DNA of 64,000 nt from an uncultured Candidatus Micrarchaeota archaeon (lineage in GTDB: Archaea > Micrarchaeota > Micrarchaeia > Burarchaeales > Fermentimicrarchaeaceae). The stretch is taken from the NCBI GenBank assembly GCA_963760615.1, contig CAVXDX010000012.1:3338-67337 (forward strand), written 5' to 3'. The notes under the pieces were generated by a model, which did no database searches, was not told where the DNA came from, and worked only from the letters and a program-made list of their open reading frames with translations. Position numbers and translations under genes: made by a program. Below, one piece after another: positions 34,028-44,283 of this stretch (its first letter is position 1; every line of letters starts with the position of its first letter).

Positions 34028-35269
34028 CTATTTCTTCTGTGAATGAGACTCCAGCCAGTCATTGAACTCCTTCTCCAAGTCCTCATGCACCTCTGGAGGA
34101 GCTGCTGGCGGCTGGGCTGGCGGGGCTGGAGGAGGCGGCTTGGGTGCTTCCTCCTTTCTGGGCTGCCTCTTTACAAACGGCAACGCAACAATAACCAACG
34201 CGACAATAACGAGCAGGACAACGAACGCGCCTCCAAGGACAAGGAGGGTGTTATCGCCTCCTGAAGAAGTCTGGTTTGAGGAGGAGTTCGTTGAATTATT
34301 TTTAACAGGTATGATGACTGATTTATTAGGTGCACTGACTGGGCACTTCCCAATGGAGTTCACCGATGAGTGTATTGAGCTGTTGGCATCTCTGAGCTTT
34401 GAGAATGCGACTGTATAGTCATCCGAAGCCAGAGCCTGCGCTGCCTCACTGACAGATTCATTGGCGCTGCTGAGCTGCGACTCTGAGAGGGTGACATTTG
34501 AGCCGCATTTCCTACCCTCTAGGATGACTTTCGCGACAGACGCAATTCTGAGCGCAGTGTCGTTTATGAGGGATACCACAGCGCTGCAGTTTTTCTTCAA
34601 CAGCATGAGAGACTCATTTGCAGCGTGAATTGAATTGGATGCGTCTATCATGTAACTCCATGAGGAGGAGAGCTGGCATTGCCTGAGGGAGGTATTCGCT
34701 GCGGAGAGGTTCTGCAATGCACTTCCAAGGTAACCCTTCACTGGAAGCATGCCGCAGCATGAGCTGCCGTAGCAAATTCCCCCAAGCGCATTGCTCACCT
34801 GTTTGAAACCATCTTCCGTGCTCTGCATTCTGGAGAGAACATTCATTTCATAGGGCGAGGTATGATAGCTCATAAAGATATCAAAAGATGTCGTGTAGTT
34901 ATAACCCCCATTACTGCCGATGACTATCACGTTTGTGGGTGAGGAGCCGTTCAGGCCTCCCATCATGGTGTATACCCTCAGCGTGCATGAAGCTGTGCTG
35001 GATGATGGCAGTACATTGTTGGTGCCTATGCACCTAATCAAGCCACCATCCCTGTAGAAGCCGATGCTAGGGTCGTACCACTCATAGGAGAGTGTGAGGG
35101 GGCGCGAGGAAGGATTTATGACTGCTATGCTGAATTCCACAGGATTGGGGTTGCCGTCTCCCCTGCAGTTGCAGCCGCTGAATGATACTGTGCCTGTCTG
35201 GTAGGCAATAAGCTGCTGCGCACTAGCCATGCCTATGAAAGCCAGCAGGATAATCAGCTTTAACTTCAT
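34028..35269 (-). CDS. Secreted/surface protein with a C-terminal TM anchor and a Pro-rich cytoplasmic tail
   Basis: Sec signal [19 protein letters not shown], many N-glycosylation sequons, a C-terminal TM helix, and a [14 protein letters not shown] tail. Confidence 0.45.
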   Translation of the reverse strand: MKLKLIILLAFIGMASAQQLIAYQTGTVSFSGCNCRGDGNPNPVEFSIAVINPSSRPLTLSYEWYDPSIGFYRDGGLIRCIGTNNVLPSSSTASCTLRVYTMMGGLNGSSPTNVIVIGSNGGYNYTTSFDIFMSYHTSPYEMNVLSRMQSTEDGFKQVSNALGGICYGSSCCGMLPVKGYLGSALQNLSAANTSLRQCQLSSSWSYMIDASNSIHAANESLMLLKKNCSAVVSLINDTALRIASVAKVILEGRKCGSNVTLSESQLSSANESVSEAAQALASDDYTVAFSKLRDANSSIHSSVNSIGKCPVSAPNKSVIIPVKNNSTNSSSNQTSSGGDNTLLVLGGAFVVLLVIVALVIVALPFVKRQPRKEEAPKPPPPAPPAQPPAAPPEVHEDLEKEFNDWLESHSQKK

Positions 35270-35331
35270 CAGTTCACCACTATAAATTTTGGGCGGGAGA
35301 GTATTTAAGGTTTATTTTTCATATCACTAGC

Positions 35332-36060
35332 GTGATACCCGAGAACCACCCGAGGAGGAAATCCCTCCTTTTGAGGGAGAAGCTTATTGAGGGGTACAAG
35401 AAAGGGCTAGTATCCGATGAGGGGCTCATAGCCCATGGTAGGGGGGAGGCTTTTTATTACCTTCTCGGAGAGAGAACGAGGGAACCTGCTAAGAGAGCAA
35501 TAAGGGCAGCTGCGGCAGCGCTGCTTCTCGCAAAGAATCCTGTGATTTCTGTGAACGGCAACGTTGCTGCGCTTGCAGCAGAGAGCGTCGCCGAGCTTGC
35601 AAGGGAGATTAATGGCAAGATTGAGGTGAACCTATTCTACAGAACGCGGGAGAGGGCGGAGAGGATAGGGGGACGCCTCAAGCATGCGGGTGCTGAGAAT
35701 GTTCTGGGCGTGAATGACGCCTATGCTCGGATACCGGAGCTGTTCAGCGAGAGAAGAAAGGTGAGCGTGGAGGGGATTTACCTTGCAGACTGCGTGCTCA
35801 TCCCTCTTGAGGATGGGGACAGGTGCGAGGCGCTTGTGAAGATGGGGAAGAGGACTATTGCCATAGACTTGAACCCTCTTTCAAGAACCGCAGTAAAGGC
35901 ACACATAACAATAGTTGATGAACTGACAATGGCCCTGCCCTTGCTTATCAAGGAGGTTAAGAACCTTAGGGTGAAGGATGATGCTTATTTGGAATCGATT
36001 CTTAAGAGCTACAACAACAAGAAAGTGCTTGCGGATATGAGGAAGCTGATAAATCTATAG
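35332..36060 (+). CDS. Putative archaeal 4-phosphopantoate-beta-alanine ligase (phosphopantothenate synthetase, COG1701-like)
   Basis: The N-terminal pattern [44 protein letters not shown] is recalled from archaeal PPS. The assignment is from memory of the family, not from a search. Confidence 0.45.
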   Translation: MIPENHPRRKSLLLREKLIEGYKKGLVSDEGLIAHGRGEAFYYLLGERTREPAKRAIRAAAAALLLAKNPVISVNGNVAALAAESVAELAREINGKIEVNLFYRTRERAERIGGRLKHAGAENVLGVNDAYARIPELFSERRKVSVEGIYLADCVLIPLEDGDRCEALVKMGKRTIAIDLNPLSRTAVKAHITIVDELTMALPLLIKEVKNLRVKDDAYLESILKSYNNKKVLADMRKLINL

Positions 36061-36077
36061 TCTGCAAATGTCCGCTA

Positions 36078-37370
36078 TCAATAAATCTTTGACTGCATGG
36101 GCTGGCTGTACACTATTTTTCCTCTTGAGATTGTCATCACAGGCACTCCAACAGTCTGGAAGCCTTCGAAAGGAGTCCACTTGCACTTTGTGTACAACTC
36201 CTTGGCATGTATCTCCCGCTTCTTGTTCAAGTCAACAACCACTATGTCCGCATCACTCCCCTCTGCAAGCACCCCTTTCTGTGGATACAAGCCCATCCTC
36301 TTTGCAGGGTTGATGCTGAGCAACTTTGTAAGCTTATAGAGGTTTATCCACCTCCTTTTCACAGCAGTCAGCATGAGAGGAAGCATCGTCTCTATGCCCG
36401 GAACTCCTGCGGGAGCCTCCCAGTAGGGCTTCTTCTTCTCATCCTTGGTGTGGGGTGCATGGTCGCTTGCAACAATGTCAACAACACCTGTTTTTATGCC
36501 CTTCCAGAGAGCAGCCTGGTCCTCCCTGCTTCTGAGAGGAGGGTTCATCTTACCGAAGTTCCCAAGCTCCTTCATATTCTCTTCGGTGAGGAATAGGTGG
36601 TGTGGCGTGACGTCGCATGTCACATCCATCATCCGCTTCATGCTTCTCACAAGCCTCAGAGACTCCTTTGTTGAGAGGTGAGTGAGGTGCAGCTTGACAC
36701 CCGCAGCCATTCCGAGCTGCAGTGCAGTTGCAACTGCAACAGATTCTGAGAGCGGCGGGCGTGCTGCCGGATGCAGGAGAGGGTCGTTCCTCTTCTTCAG
36801 CTTCTCCCTGAAATATGAGTTTATATCCGCATCCTCAGCATGCGTTATGGCAACCTTCCCAGTCTTTGTTATCTCCTCATAGGCCTCAAGGAGCTCATTC
36901 TTGCTAACCTGCAGCTCCCCGAAGGACTCGCACATGAATATCTCGCCGAAAGCCCCTACTGCATTGGCCATGCCTGCAAGCTCGTGTATATTGCCCTTCC
37001 TCACTCCTCCGCATATTCTGTAGTCTATCACGCATTTTGAGCTTGCCAGCCTGCTCTTCTCCTGAATCCTCTGCAGGGTGGTTGTAGGTGGCATGGTATT
37101 CGGCATTTCAAAAACTAGAGTTACACCTCCGTGGGCAGCAGCTTTGCTGCCGTTCTCCCAGTCCTCCTTGTACTCCATCCCTGGCTCGCGGAAGTGCGCG
37201 TGTATGTCAATCACGCCAGGCAGCATCACCTCCTTCTTGAAGACAAATGTCTTCTCAGCTTCCTCGAGGTGCCTGCCAACCTTAGCTATTTTCCCCTCGC
37301 TTATTCCAAGCTCGCATTCCACAAGCCTCCTATTCAGCAATGCGTGCCCGGCAAGCTTTAGCTCGTACAT
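36078..37370 (-). CDS. pyrC: Dihydroorotase / cyclic amidohydrolase family
   Basis: Metal-binding DIHAHFREPG near the N-terminus, an amidohydrolase fold, and a later VASDHAPH motif. Confidence 0.75.
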   Translation of the reverse strand: MYELKLAGHALLNRRLVECELGISEGKIAKVGRHLEEAEKTFVFKKEVMLPGVIDIHAHFREPGMEYKEDWENGSKAAAHGGVTLVFEMPNTMPPTTTLQRIQEKSRLASSKCVIDYRICGGVRKGNIHELAGMANAVGAFGEIFMCESFGELQVSKNELLEAYEEITKTGKVAITHAEDADINSYFREKLKKRNDPLLHPAARPPLSESVAVATALQLGMAAGVKLHLTHLSTKESLRLVRSMKRMMDVTCDVTPHHLFLTEENMKELGNFGKMNPPLRSREDQAALWKGIKTGVVDIVASDHAPHTKDEKKKPYWEAPAGVPGIETMLPLMLTAVKRRWINLYKLTKLLSINPAKRMGLYPQKGVLAEGSDADIVVVDLNKKREIHAKELYTKCKWTPFEGFQTVGVPVMTISRGKIVYSQPMQSKIY

Positions 37371-37407
37371 ACGACCACTAATTTATTAATGGCACCCATT
37401 TAAATTT

Positions 37408-37932
37408 ATGGATGTTGCCACGGCACTTGGAGTCGCAAGCAATGCAATGGGTCCTGTAACAAGCTTCATGGCCAGCCAGAATATCGGCATTCTCACTACA
37501 TTTTCACTCTTCGCAGACCAGTACACCTACGCAGTGCTGCCTGCATTGATTATAGTTTTCTACAAGAAGCTTGGGAGGAGAAGGGTGGCATCTCTTGCAC
37601 TGTGCATGCTACTGCTTTACATATCCGTAACATCCCTCAAAATATTTTTCCACGAGCCAAGGCCATGCAATGAATACCTCAAGACAAGCTGCCCTGAGGA
37701 TTACTCCCTTCCGAGTGGGCATGCGTCGGTTGCTTTCGCGTTTGCATTCTTCTCTGTCGGCACGGTTGCCTTCCCATTCTATTATGTGAGCGCCTTCCTT
37801 ATTGCACTGAGCAGAATCTACCTGGGGGTGCATACGCTCAATGATGTTGCGGGCGGAGCAGTTGTAGGCATTTTCAGTTATTTTGTTTCCGAAAAGGTGG
37901 TTGGAGCATGCTTGAGATACGTAGGAGGTTAA
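37408..37932 (+). CDS. PAP2-family (type 2 phosphatidic acid phosphatase) membrane phosphatase
   Basis: The three PAP2 motifs are present: KIFFHEPRP, PSGHAS, SRIYLGVHTLNDV. Confidence 0.8.
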   Translation: MDVATALGVASNAMGPVTSFMASQNIGILTTFSLFADQYTYAVLPALIIVFYKKLGRRRVASLALCMLLLYISVTSLKIFFHEPRPCNEYLKTSCPEDYSLPSGHASVAFAFAFFSVGTVAFPFYYVSAFLIALSRIYLGVHTLNDVAGGAVVGIFSYFVSEKVVGACLRYVGG

Positions 37933-38468
37933 TCCACATATCGGTTGGGTTGTTTATTATAGCAGCTCTCTCTATCTGGGGGGCTGGCTACTATGAATAC
38001 GTAGAGGGAACACTTTTTGCGATGTTCCTTGTTGGGCTGTGGATAACTGACCAGAAGCTGAAGAGGAGGAAGCTGCCTGTTGTGGATTACATGCTTGAGA
38101 TGTTTGAGAGACCGCATGCTCTCCCAACTTATGGGGCTTTCTGGTATGGGATGGGCGTGCTGCTGTTGTTTTCATTCATGAAGGACTTGAACTACATACA
38201 AGCAGGAATAGGCATTCTGGCCATAGGGGATGGCATAGCAACATTGGTTGGCAGGAGCGGGAATATAAGAATTTTCTACAACCCGAACAAAACCATTGAG
38301 GGGACTGCTGCTTTCTTCATTGCCAGCTCCCTTGTTGCATATATTTTCCTTGGAAGCGCAGGAGTTATGCTCTCCCTGCTCTGCTCGCTTGCGGAGAGTG
38401 TGGACTGGGGAGTGGATGACAATTTCATCATTCCTTTAACATGCGTGCTGTTCTATCTTTTAGTATAG
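37908..38468 (+). CDS. Membrane protein of the dolichol kinase / CTP-dependent polyprenol kinase-like family
   Basis: The polytopic protein has GDGIATLVGRSGNIRIF...KTIEGTAAFF, resembling the cytidylyltransferase-like kinase motif. Confidence 0.45.
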   Translation: MLEIRRRLIHISVGLFIIAALSIWGAGYYEYVEGTLFAMFLVGLWITDQKLKRRKLPVVDYMLEMFERPHALPTYGAFWYGMGVLLLFSFMKDLNYIQAGIGILAIGDGIATLVGRSGNIRIFYNPNKTIEGTAAFFIASSLVAYIFLGSAGVMLSLLCSLAESVDWGVDDNFIIPLTCVLFYLLV

Positions 38469-38493
38469 AAACTATGCAGTTTTACAGTATACT

Positions 38494-41400
38494 TTAGCAA
38501 GCACAGTATAAAGTACTACACGCGGTAACGCATTGGTAGTCGGTTCCCGTGTGGCAGAAGTTATCGCAGTTGCAACAGACCTGAGACCCAGGACAAGTAC
38601 CAGTTGGATGTGCGTTATCACAAGCGCCAGCTGCTGACTGACATGTTCCTCCGCTGCATGTACCTGATTGGCATACTCCAGGGCATAGGCATGCTTGCCC
38701 GTTTGCTAAAGAACCTGCGGTTATGCAGTATGAAGCACCTGTACCTCCTCCCTTGCACATATTGGCGCACTTATAGTTGTTGGTTGCGCCGCATGCTACT
38801 GCATTGCAACTGTTTGAACTGCAGGTACCACAGACTGCACAGGCAGCTGTTGATGAAACTGCAGTGCATGATGGGGTTGATGTGGTGGTAGTGCAGCCTA
38901 CTGTTGGGAAATAGTGGGTTGCGTCGCAGTTTGTGATTGGGTTGGATGAGCAGGTGGCGAGAGTGCCAAAGTAATAGCCGCAGAGACTGGGTGTATTTGC
39001 GTAGTATCCTTGGCATACGCCGGGGTTACCCGAACATGCTCCTGAAGTGCACATTCCAGCGCAGTAGCAGGTTGCTCCTGTTCCGCCTTTGGCTACGCAG
39101 TTTCCTCCACCTGTTCCTAGACCATTGCATACACTGGGACTAGTACAGCCATAGCCGTTTGTTGTACCGCATGATTTTGTACCGCAGGTATCACCAGTGC
39201 CGGTGCAGTCTCCGCATACCGCGCAATAGCCTGAAACACATGATAGCTGAGCGCCTAGTATGCAGGTTGGTTGTGATGCGCTGACTTTATAGCCTGATGC
39301 GCAGAATGCATTTGCGGGTCCGCATGAGGCAGAATTTCCATAGTAATAGCCGCAGAGATTTGGTAATGACTGGTAATAGCGTGAGCATTTATGGGTGGTG
39401 GTATTGCAGACCAGCCCACCTGTGCACATTTCAGGACAGTAACAGTCAGCTCCCTCAGTGCTGGATGGGGGTACGCAGTTTCCTCCACCTGTTCCTAGAC
39501 CATTGCATACACTGGGACTAGTACAGCCATAGCCGTTTGTTGTACCGCATGATTTTGTACCGCAGGTATCACCAGTGCCGGTGCAGTCTCCGCATACCGC
39601 GCAATAGCCTGAAACACATGATAGCTGAGCGCCTAGTATGCAGGTTGGTTGTGATGCGCTGACTTTATAGCCTGATGCGCAGAATGCATTTGCGGGTCCG
39701 CATGAGGCAGAATTTCCATAGTAATAGCCGCAGAGATTTGGTAATGACTGGTAATAGCGTGAGCATTTATGGGTGGTGGTATTGCAGACCAGCCCACCTG
39801 TGCACATTTCAGGACAGTAACAGTCAGCTCCCTCAGTGCTGGATGGGGGTACGCAGTTTCCTCCACCTGTTCCTAGACCATTGCATACACTGGGACTAGT
39901 ACAGCCATAGCCGTTTGTTGTACCGCATGATTTTGTACCGCAGGTATCACCAGTGCCGGTGCAGTCTCCGCATACCGCGCAATAGCCTGAAACACATGAT
40001 AGCTGAGCGCCTAGTATGCAGGTTGGTTGTGATGCGCTGACTTTCTTGCTTGCTGGACAACTTGTGATTGGGTTGGAGGAGCAGGTGGAAGAAGTTCCAT
40101 TGTAATAGGCGCAGAGATTTGGTAATGACTGGTAATAGCGTGAGCATTTATGGGTGGTGGTATTGCAGACCAGCCCACCTGTGCACATTTCAGGACAGTA
40201 ACAGTCAGCTCCTTCGATGCTGGATGGAGCAGCACAGTGGCTTGCTCCGGTTCCCACTCCATCGCAGACATTACCACTTGTTGAGCATCCATATGTAGTT
40301 CCACAAGCAGCAATCCCGCAGGTATCCGTCCCATCACCAACACAGTCTCCGCAAGTTGCACATGAACCAGATGAAGTTTCTGGCTGGCAGAATTTATAGC
40401 CTGATGATAAACAGTCTTGAATTGGGAAGTACTTTCCTGAACTGCAGTAGGTTGTAGTAAGTCCAGAACCGCATCCACCCGTTGTTGTTGACTGATAACC
40501 ACAGAGGTTGGTGGTGTTCCGGTAGAAGTAAGTTTGTGCTGTGCAGATACCACCCACGCATGTCGTTCCACCGGTGCAGACATTGCCGCAGTATCCGCAG
40601 TTGCTGTCGTTTGTATTCAGGTCAGGAACCTCGCATGCATCTGATGAATCATTATTGCAGTTTACAGAGGTGCCAGGGCAGTTAGTATAAATTCCGCCAG
40701 TGCAGTAGAACATATTTCCACAGTCATCTATTGATCCTGTGCAGCATTGAATCTGGTAGTTGATTCTGCCATCGCTGCCGCCTGTTGAGTTTGAGCATAT
40801 ACGGGTGCCTTTTGAGATTTTATCACATGCCGGCCAGAATGTTAGGGTATTGGGAGGACAGCCATTTTGACCTAAGCAGGATGCATTGCATATGCCGTTA
40901 AATGTGCAGGCTGCATTGCAGGCAGCAATGCATTGGCCTCCCTGACATGCAGTTCCCATCGGGCAGACATTGCCGCAGTGTCCGCAGTTGCTGTTGTTTG
41001 TAAGCAGATTCACCTCGCATGCATCTGATGAATTATAATTGCAGTTTGCAAACCCAATTGAACAACCAGTGCAACTGCCACTGCTGCAGTATGATGTGTT
41101 CCCGCAGCTTGTTATCGCCCCGTTGCAGCATGAAACATTGTAGTTGATTGTGCCTGTTGTTCCACCTGACGAGTCTGTACACAGTTGAACATTGGCACCA
41201 ACATTGCCATTGCAGGCTGGGAATATTGAGGAACAGCCGGAACAGGTTGCATTGCATTTGTTGTTAAATGTGCAGTCTGGCATGCATGTGTTGGTGCACG
41301 CAGCGCAGTCACTTGGGCAGTTGACGCAGCTTTCTCCATTCGCAGTATCGCAGTGGGTATCTCCGCACCAGCCAATTGTTGTTGATGTATCCTGATAACA

Positions 41401-42645
41401 CCTGTAACCTGGAGGTGCTGTGCCTCCTGTTGAATTTGGAAGGGACCTTGGCGCCCCGAGGCAGCATGTAACATAATAGTTGAGGAGAGGAGGAGTGCCT
41501 TCGGGTGCTGTGCCTCCTATTGAATTTGTGCATTTCTGGGAGTTTAGAGTATATGTATCGCAGACAGGCTGCGGGAACTGGTTCCACGCCCCGCAACCGG
41601 AAGAGCTGCAGGAAGAATTGCACGGCAGGTTGGGATTGCCAGTTACACCAAAAGTACAGTCTGAGAAGCAGTGCGGGATGCCAGTACACGGTGGGCAGTC
41701 AGCTGGGCAGTTGCTGCAGTTCTTTCCATGCACCTGGGCATTAGCACTGCAGTCGCCATCCCCGCAGTAGCCAATAGTTATTGGGGTGTTCTGGTTGTTC
41801 TGGTAGCAGTTTGTAGCATTGTTCAGTGCTCCATTGCAGCATTGAACATAGTAGTTCAACGCACCGGATATAGCCCCTGACGAGTCTGCGCACACCTGAG
41901 ATTTGTTAGAATTGCCATTGCAGGCTGTTTGGAAGCCTAAGCAACCATTAACCCCTATGCAGGATTGGTTGCATACACCATTAATTGAGCAGTCCGAAAG
42001 GCATACTGGACCGGCGCATGGACCGCAGTCAGCAGGACAGCTGCTGCATGTCTCCCCTGCTGTGCACACCCCATCCCCGCAATAGGATGGCGTGCCAGCT
42101 GGGCGCGCCTCAAAGGTGGCGGTGATTGCTCCATGGGAAGTCCTGTTCAACCCTCCAACGCAGCTGTTTGGGTAGTTTGGAGAAGTTTCGCAATCAACAT
42201 AGTTCAGAGCCACATCAAATTTGACATTCTTGTTTATTGATGGAATCACATCAGTGTCTGTTATATTGAAGGAGCAGTATACAGTGTCACCCTCCCTTAC
42301 GATGGTTCCAGTGCCCCAGCAGTATCCGGCGTAGCTGTTCGTTCCTGTCTTGCCGACATTTGTGACGTTTACTGTCTGGGTTCCATTGAAGGTTATTACC
42401 TTCCCCATGCCGTTGTTCAGCTGGAATACAAGCCTCATCCCTCCGCTGCTGTTTTTGAAGAACTTGAAGGTCTGGCAGGGCATACCAACCCCGAAGTTGC
42501 ACTGGGGCGCAGGCTGCTGCGAAGAGAGGTAGTAGAATGCCACAAAGGCTACGAGAAGAATAAGCAGGAAGGCCCAGCTGTAAGCGGTTATAAACTCAAT
42601 AGCCGACTGTGCCTTCTGGACCACCATAAAATAGGGTTTTGGCAA
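38494..42645 (-). CDS. Giant (1383 aa) cysteine-rich secreted protein with a class III signal peptide and internal perfect tandem repeats
   Basis: N-terminus MPKPYFMVVQKAQSAIEFITAYSWAFLLILLVAFVAFYYL. The protein is extremely rich in Cys/Gly/Thr/Ser/Asn with recurring CGDGxC...E..C..CP.DC modules. A 126-aa unit is repeated with 100% DNA identity. Confidence 0.7.
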   Translation of the reverse strand: MPKPYFMVVQKAQSAIEFITAYSWAFLLILLVAFVAFYYLSSQQPAPQCNFGVGMPCQTFKFFKNSSGGMRLVFQLNNGMGKVITFNGTQTVNVTNVGKTGTNSYAGYCWGTGTIVREGDTVYCSFNITDTDVIPSINKNVKFDVALNYVDCETSPNYPNSCVGGLNRTSHGAITATFEARPAGTPSYCGDGVCTAGETCSSCPADCGPCAGPVCLSDCSINGVCNQSCIGVNGCLGFQTACNGNSNKSQVCADSSGAISGALNYYVQCCNGALNNATNCYQNNQNTPITIGYCGDGDCSANAQVHGKNCSNCPADCPPCTGIPHCFSDCTFGVTGNPNLPCNSSCSSSGCGAWNQFPQPVCDTYTLNSQKCTNSIGGTAPEGTPPLLNYYVTCCLGAPRSLPNSTGGTAPPGYRCYQDTSTTIGWCGDTHCDTANGESCVNCPSDCAACTNTCMPDCTFNNKCNATCSGCSSIFPACNGNVGANVQLCTDSSGGTTGTINYNVSCCNGAITSCGNTSYCSSGSCTGCSIGFANCNYNSSDACEVNLLTNNSNCGHCGNVCPMGTACQGGQCIAACNAACTFNGICNASCLGQNGCPPNTLTFWPACDKISKGTRICSNSTGGSDGRINYQIQCCTGSIDDCGNMFYCTGGIYTNCPGTSVNCNNDSSDACEVPDLNTNDSNCGYCGNVCTGGTTCVGGICTAQTYFYRNTTNLCGYQSTTTGGCGSGLTTTYCSSGKYFPIQDCLSSGYKFCQPETSSGSCATCGDCVGDGTDTCGIAACGTTYGCSTSGNVCDGVGTGASHCAAPSSIEGADCYCPEMCTGGLVCNTTTHKCSRYYQSLPNLCAYYNGTSSTCSSNPITSCPASKKVSASQPTCILGAQLSCVSGYCAVCGDCTGTGDTCGTKSCGTTNGYGCTSPSVCNGLGTGGGNCVPPSSTEGADCYCPEMCTGGLVCNTTTHKCSRYYQSLPNLCGYYYGNSASCGPANAFCASGYKVSASQPTCILGAQLSCVSGYCAVCGDCTGTGDTCGTKSCGTTNGYGCTSPSVCNGLGTGGGNCVPPSSTEGADCYCPEMCTGGLVCNTTTHKCSRYYQSLPNLCGYYYGNSASCGPANAFCASGYKVSASQPTCILGAQLSCVSGYCAVCGDCTGTGDTCGTKSCGTTNGYGCTSPSVCNGLGTGGGNCVAKGGTGATCYCAGMCTSGACSGNPGVCQGYYANTPSLCGYYFGTLATCSSNPITNCDATHYFPTVGCTTTTSTPSCTAVSSTAACAVCGTCSSNSCNAVACGATNNYKCANMCKGGGTGASYCITAGSLANGQACLCPGVCQSGTCSGGTCQSAAGACDNAHPTGTCPGSQVCCNCDNFCHTGTDYQCVTACSTLYCAC
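39096..40040. repeat. Tandem 378-bp repeat (about 2.5 perfect copies) inside the giant Cys-rich gene
   Basis: Copies begin at 39096, 39474 and 39852 with identical sequence acgcagtttcctccacctgttcctagaccattgcatac... The third copy diverges at about 40040. The mirror-image duplicated antisense ORFs in the track confirm the 378-nt period. Confidence 0.9.
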
Positions 42646-42848
42646 GGGAATATATAAAACTATAGCTATTTCTCCCTCAAAACAACAAGGGGTATGACTC
42701 CCTTTTCAAACTCCATGTAGGCAATTTTAACTGGATTTATCAGCTTTTCAGGCAATTCTATGATTGGGGGTGCGCCTGATGCAAGCTGCAATGCTCGCGC
42801 ACCGATGACTCTTGCTTTCTCAAACCTGGTCAATTCCATTATATCACC

Positions 42849-44051
42849 TTATACTAATGCACCCAGAACCTTTAATAGCTGAGGCCTCTTAAGCAGAACC
42901 TTCTGGACAACTGGCTTGTAGTCGCCCTTTATGAGCTCATCCAAATCCTTGTCAGTGAGGTTCTCAAAAATTGCATTGAAGTCGTCATCATCAAGCTTCT
43001 CAAGCACCTTCCTCAAACGCAGCCTCCTCATGAGCTTTGGCTCCACCTTCCTCCTCCACCTGCTCTCATACTCATAGAGGCTCTTCCTGTCTGCCTTCCC
43101 CTCAGCTGCGCACTTTGCTGCAACCTCGCCTGCCATACCCCCTGCCTCCATGGCAAGAGCCATCCCACCCCCGTGGATTGGGTCAACTTGGTGCGCTGCA
43201 GTCCCAACAATCATCAGCCCATCTGCAACAAGCTCCTTCAAAGGCTCTCCAACTGGTATCAGACCTCCTTTTATTGCAACTGTCTGAGCTCCTTGGAAAC
43301 GCTCGTTGTTCTTTATGAACCTATCCAAGTATTCAACCGCATTGCCCTTCTCCAAGCCGCCTATGCCCACTCCCACATTGGCAACATCCTTGCCCTTCGG
43401 AAACACCCACACATATCCTCTGGGGGCTGCACTCTTGCTGAAGTATATCTCAATCAAATCCCGGCATTCTACATTCACCATCTCGTACTCTATGCCGAAG
43501 TCCGTATCGTAAAGAGTAGCAGTTGAATCCACTCCTGCCATTCTCGCAATTGTGGACTCCCCTCCATCTGCAGCTATGAGCACCTTGCAGTTTGCCTCAA
43601 ACTTCTCCCCAGCGCAGTTTGCTTTCACCCCGCAAACCTTTCCATCCTTCTTCATGACCTCATAAACTTCTGTCTTGGCAATGACTTCTGCTCCAGACCT
43701 TCCTGCATCAATTGCCAAATCCTTGTCGAAGACCTTCCTGTCAATAACATACCCCCTTGTCTCCGGGTTCTGTATCTTGACCTCCCTCTTCATATTGGGC
43801 GAGTATAAAACTGAGCCGCTTATTTCAGCTGATATTGCTTTTGGTGATATTTTCAAGCCAAGCTCATCCAGCCAGTGGGAACCAAGTCCCTCACCGCAGC
43901 GGACTGGAGCTCCGAGCTCCTTTCTCCTGTCAATAAGCAAAACTGAAGCACCTGCTTGGGCAGCTTTCTTTGCGGCAAAACTGCCTCCAGGTCCTGCTCC
44001 AACAACTATGACATCATAATCTGTTTTCACACAATCACTTCCTGAACTCAA
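42849..44051 (-). CDS. Geranylgeranyl reductase family flavoprotein (digeranylgeranylglycerophospholipid reductase); probable start GTG at 44030
   Basis: The FAD-binding fold DYDVIVVGAGPGGSFAAKKAAQAGASVLLIDRR and C-terminal GGR motifs are present. The track start at 44051 is TTG and would overlap the ferredoxin gene by 17 nt. Confidence 0.8.
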   Translation of the reverse strand: MSSGSDCVKTDYDVIVVGAGPGGSFAAKKAAQAGASVLLIDRRKELGAPVRCGEGLGSHWLDELGLKISPKAISAEISGSVLYSPNMKREVKIQNPETRGYVIDRKVFDKDLAIDAGRSGAEVIAKTEVYEVMKKDGKVCGVKANCAGEKFEANCKVLIAADGGESTIARMAGVDSTATLYDTDFGIEYEMVNVECRDLIEIYFSKSAAPRGYVWVFPKGKDVANVGVGIGGLEKGNAVEYLDRFIKNNERFQGAQTVAIKGGLIPVGEPLKELVADGLMIVGTAAHQVDPIHGGGMALAMEAGGMAGEVAAKCAAEGKADRKSLYEYESRWRRKVEPKLMRRLRLRKVLEKLDDDDFNAIFENLTDKDLDELIKGDYKPVVQKVLLKRPQLLKVLGALV

Positions 44052-44214
44052 TAGCCTTCATGGGACACGCTTTGGCGCACACACCGCAGTTTATGCACTT
44101 CTTCTCATCGTACTCTATGAAAGTTTCCTTAAGAATAAGAGCAAGTTTTGGGCACACGCCCACACACGCCCCGCAGTAGATGCACCTGTGCCTGTCTATC
44201 TTTATCAAACTCAC
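44035..44214 (-). CDS. 2x[4Fe-4S] ferredoxin (59 aa), GTG start, not in the ORF track
   Basis: Translated by hand: (V)SLIKIDRHRCIYCGACVGVCPKLALILKETFIEYDEKKCINCGVCAKACPMKAIEFRK. Two CxxCxxCxxxCP motifs. Immediately upstream of the GGR gene on the same strand. Confidence 0.6.
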   Translation of the reverse strand: MSLIKIDRHRCIYCGACVGVCPKLALILKETFIEYDEKKCINCGVCAKACPMKAIEFRK

Positions 44215-44283
44215 ACCTTTGGCTCTTGAATTATAGCACTAAGCTAATAAAAAACTAACTGAAGCCTGACATACAGTTTATTC

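Noticed and set aside
39096-40040. Possible CRISPR array given regularly spaced identical sequence
   Set aside because: The period is 378 bp, the whole unit is repeated (no unique spacers), and it is in-frame coding sequence of a large protein. This is a tandem coding repeat, not a CRISPR array.
39255-40298. Pairs of identical short ORFs on both strands (39255/39633, 39297/39675, 40068)
   Set aside because: They are frame artefacts of the 378-bp tandem repeat inside the giant Cys-rich gene. The duplicated ORFs simply confirm the repeat period.
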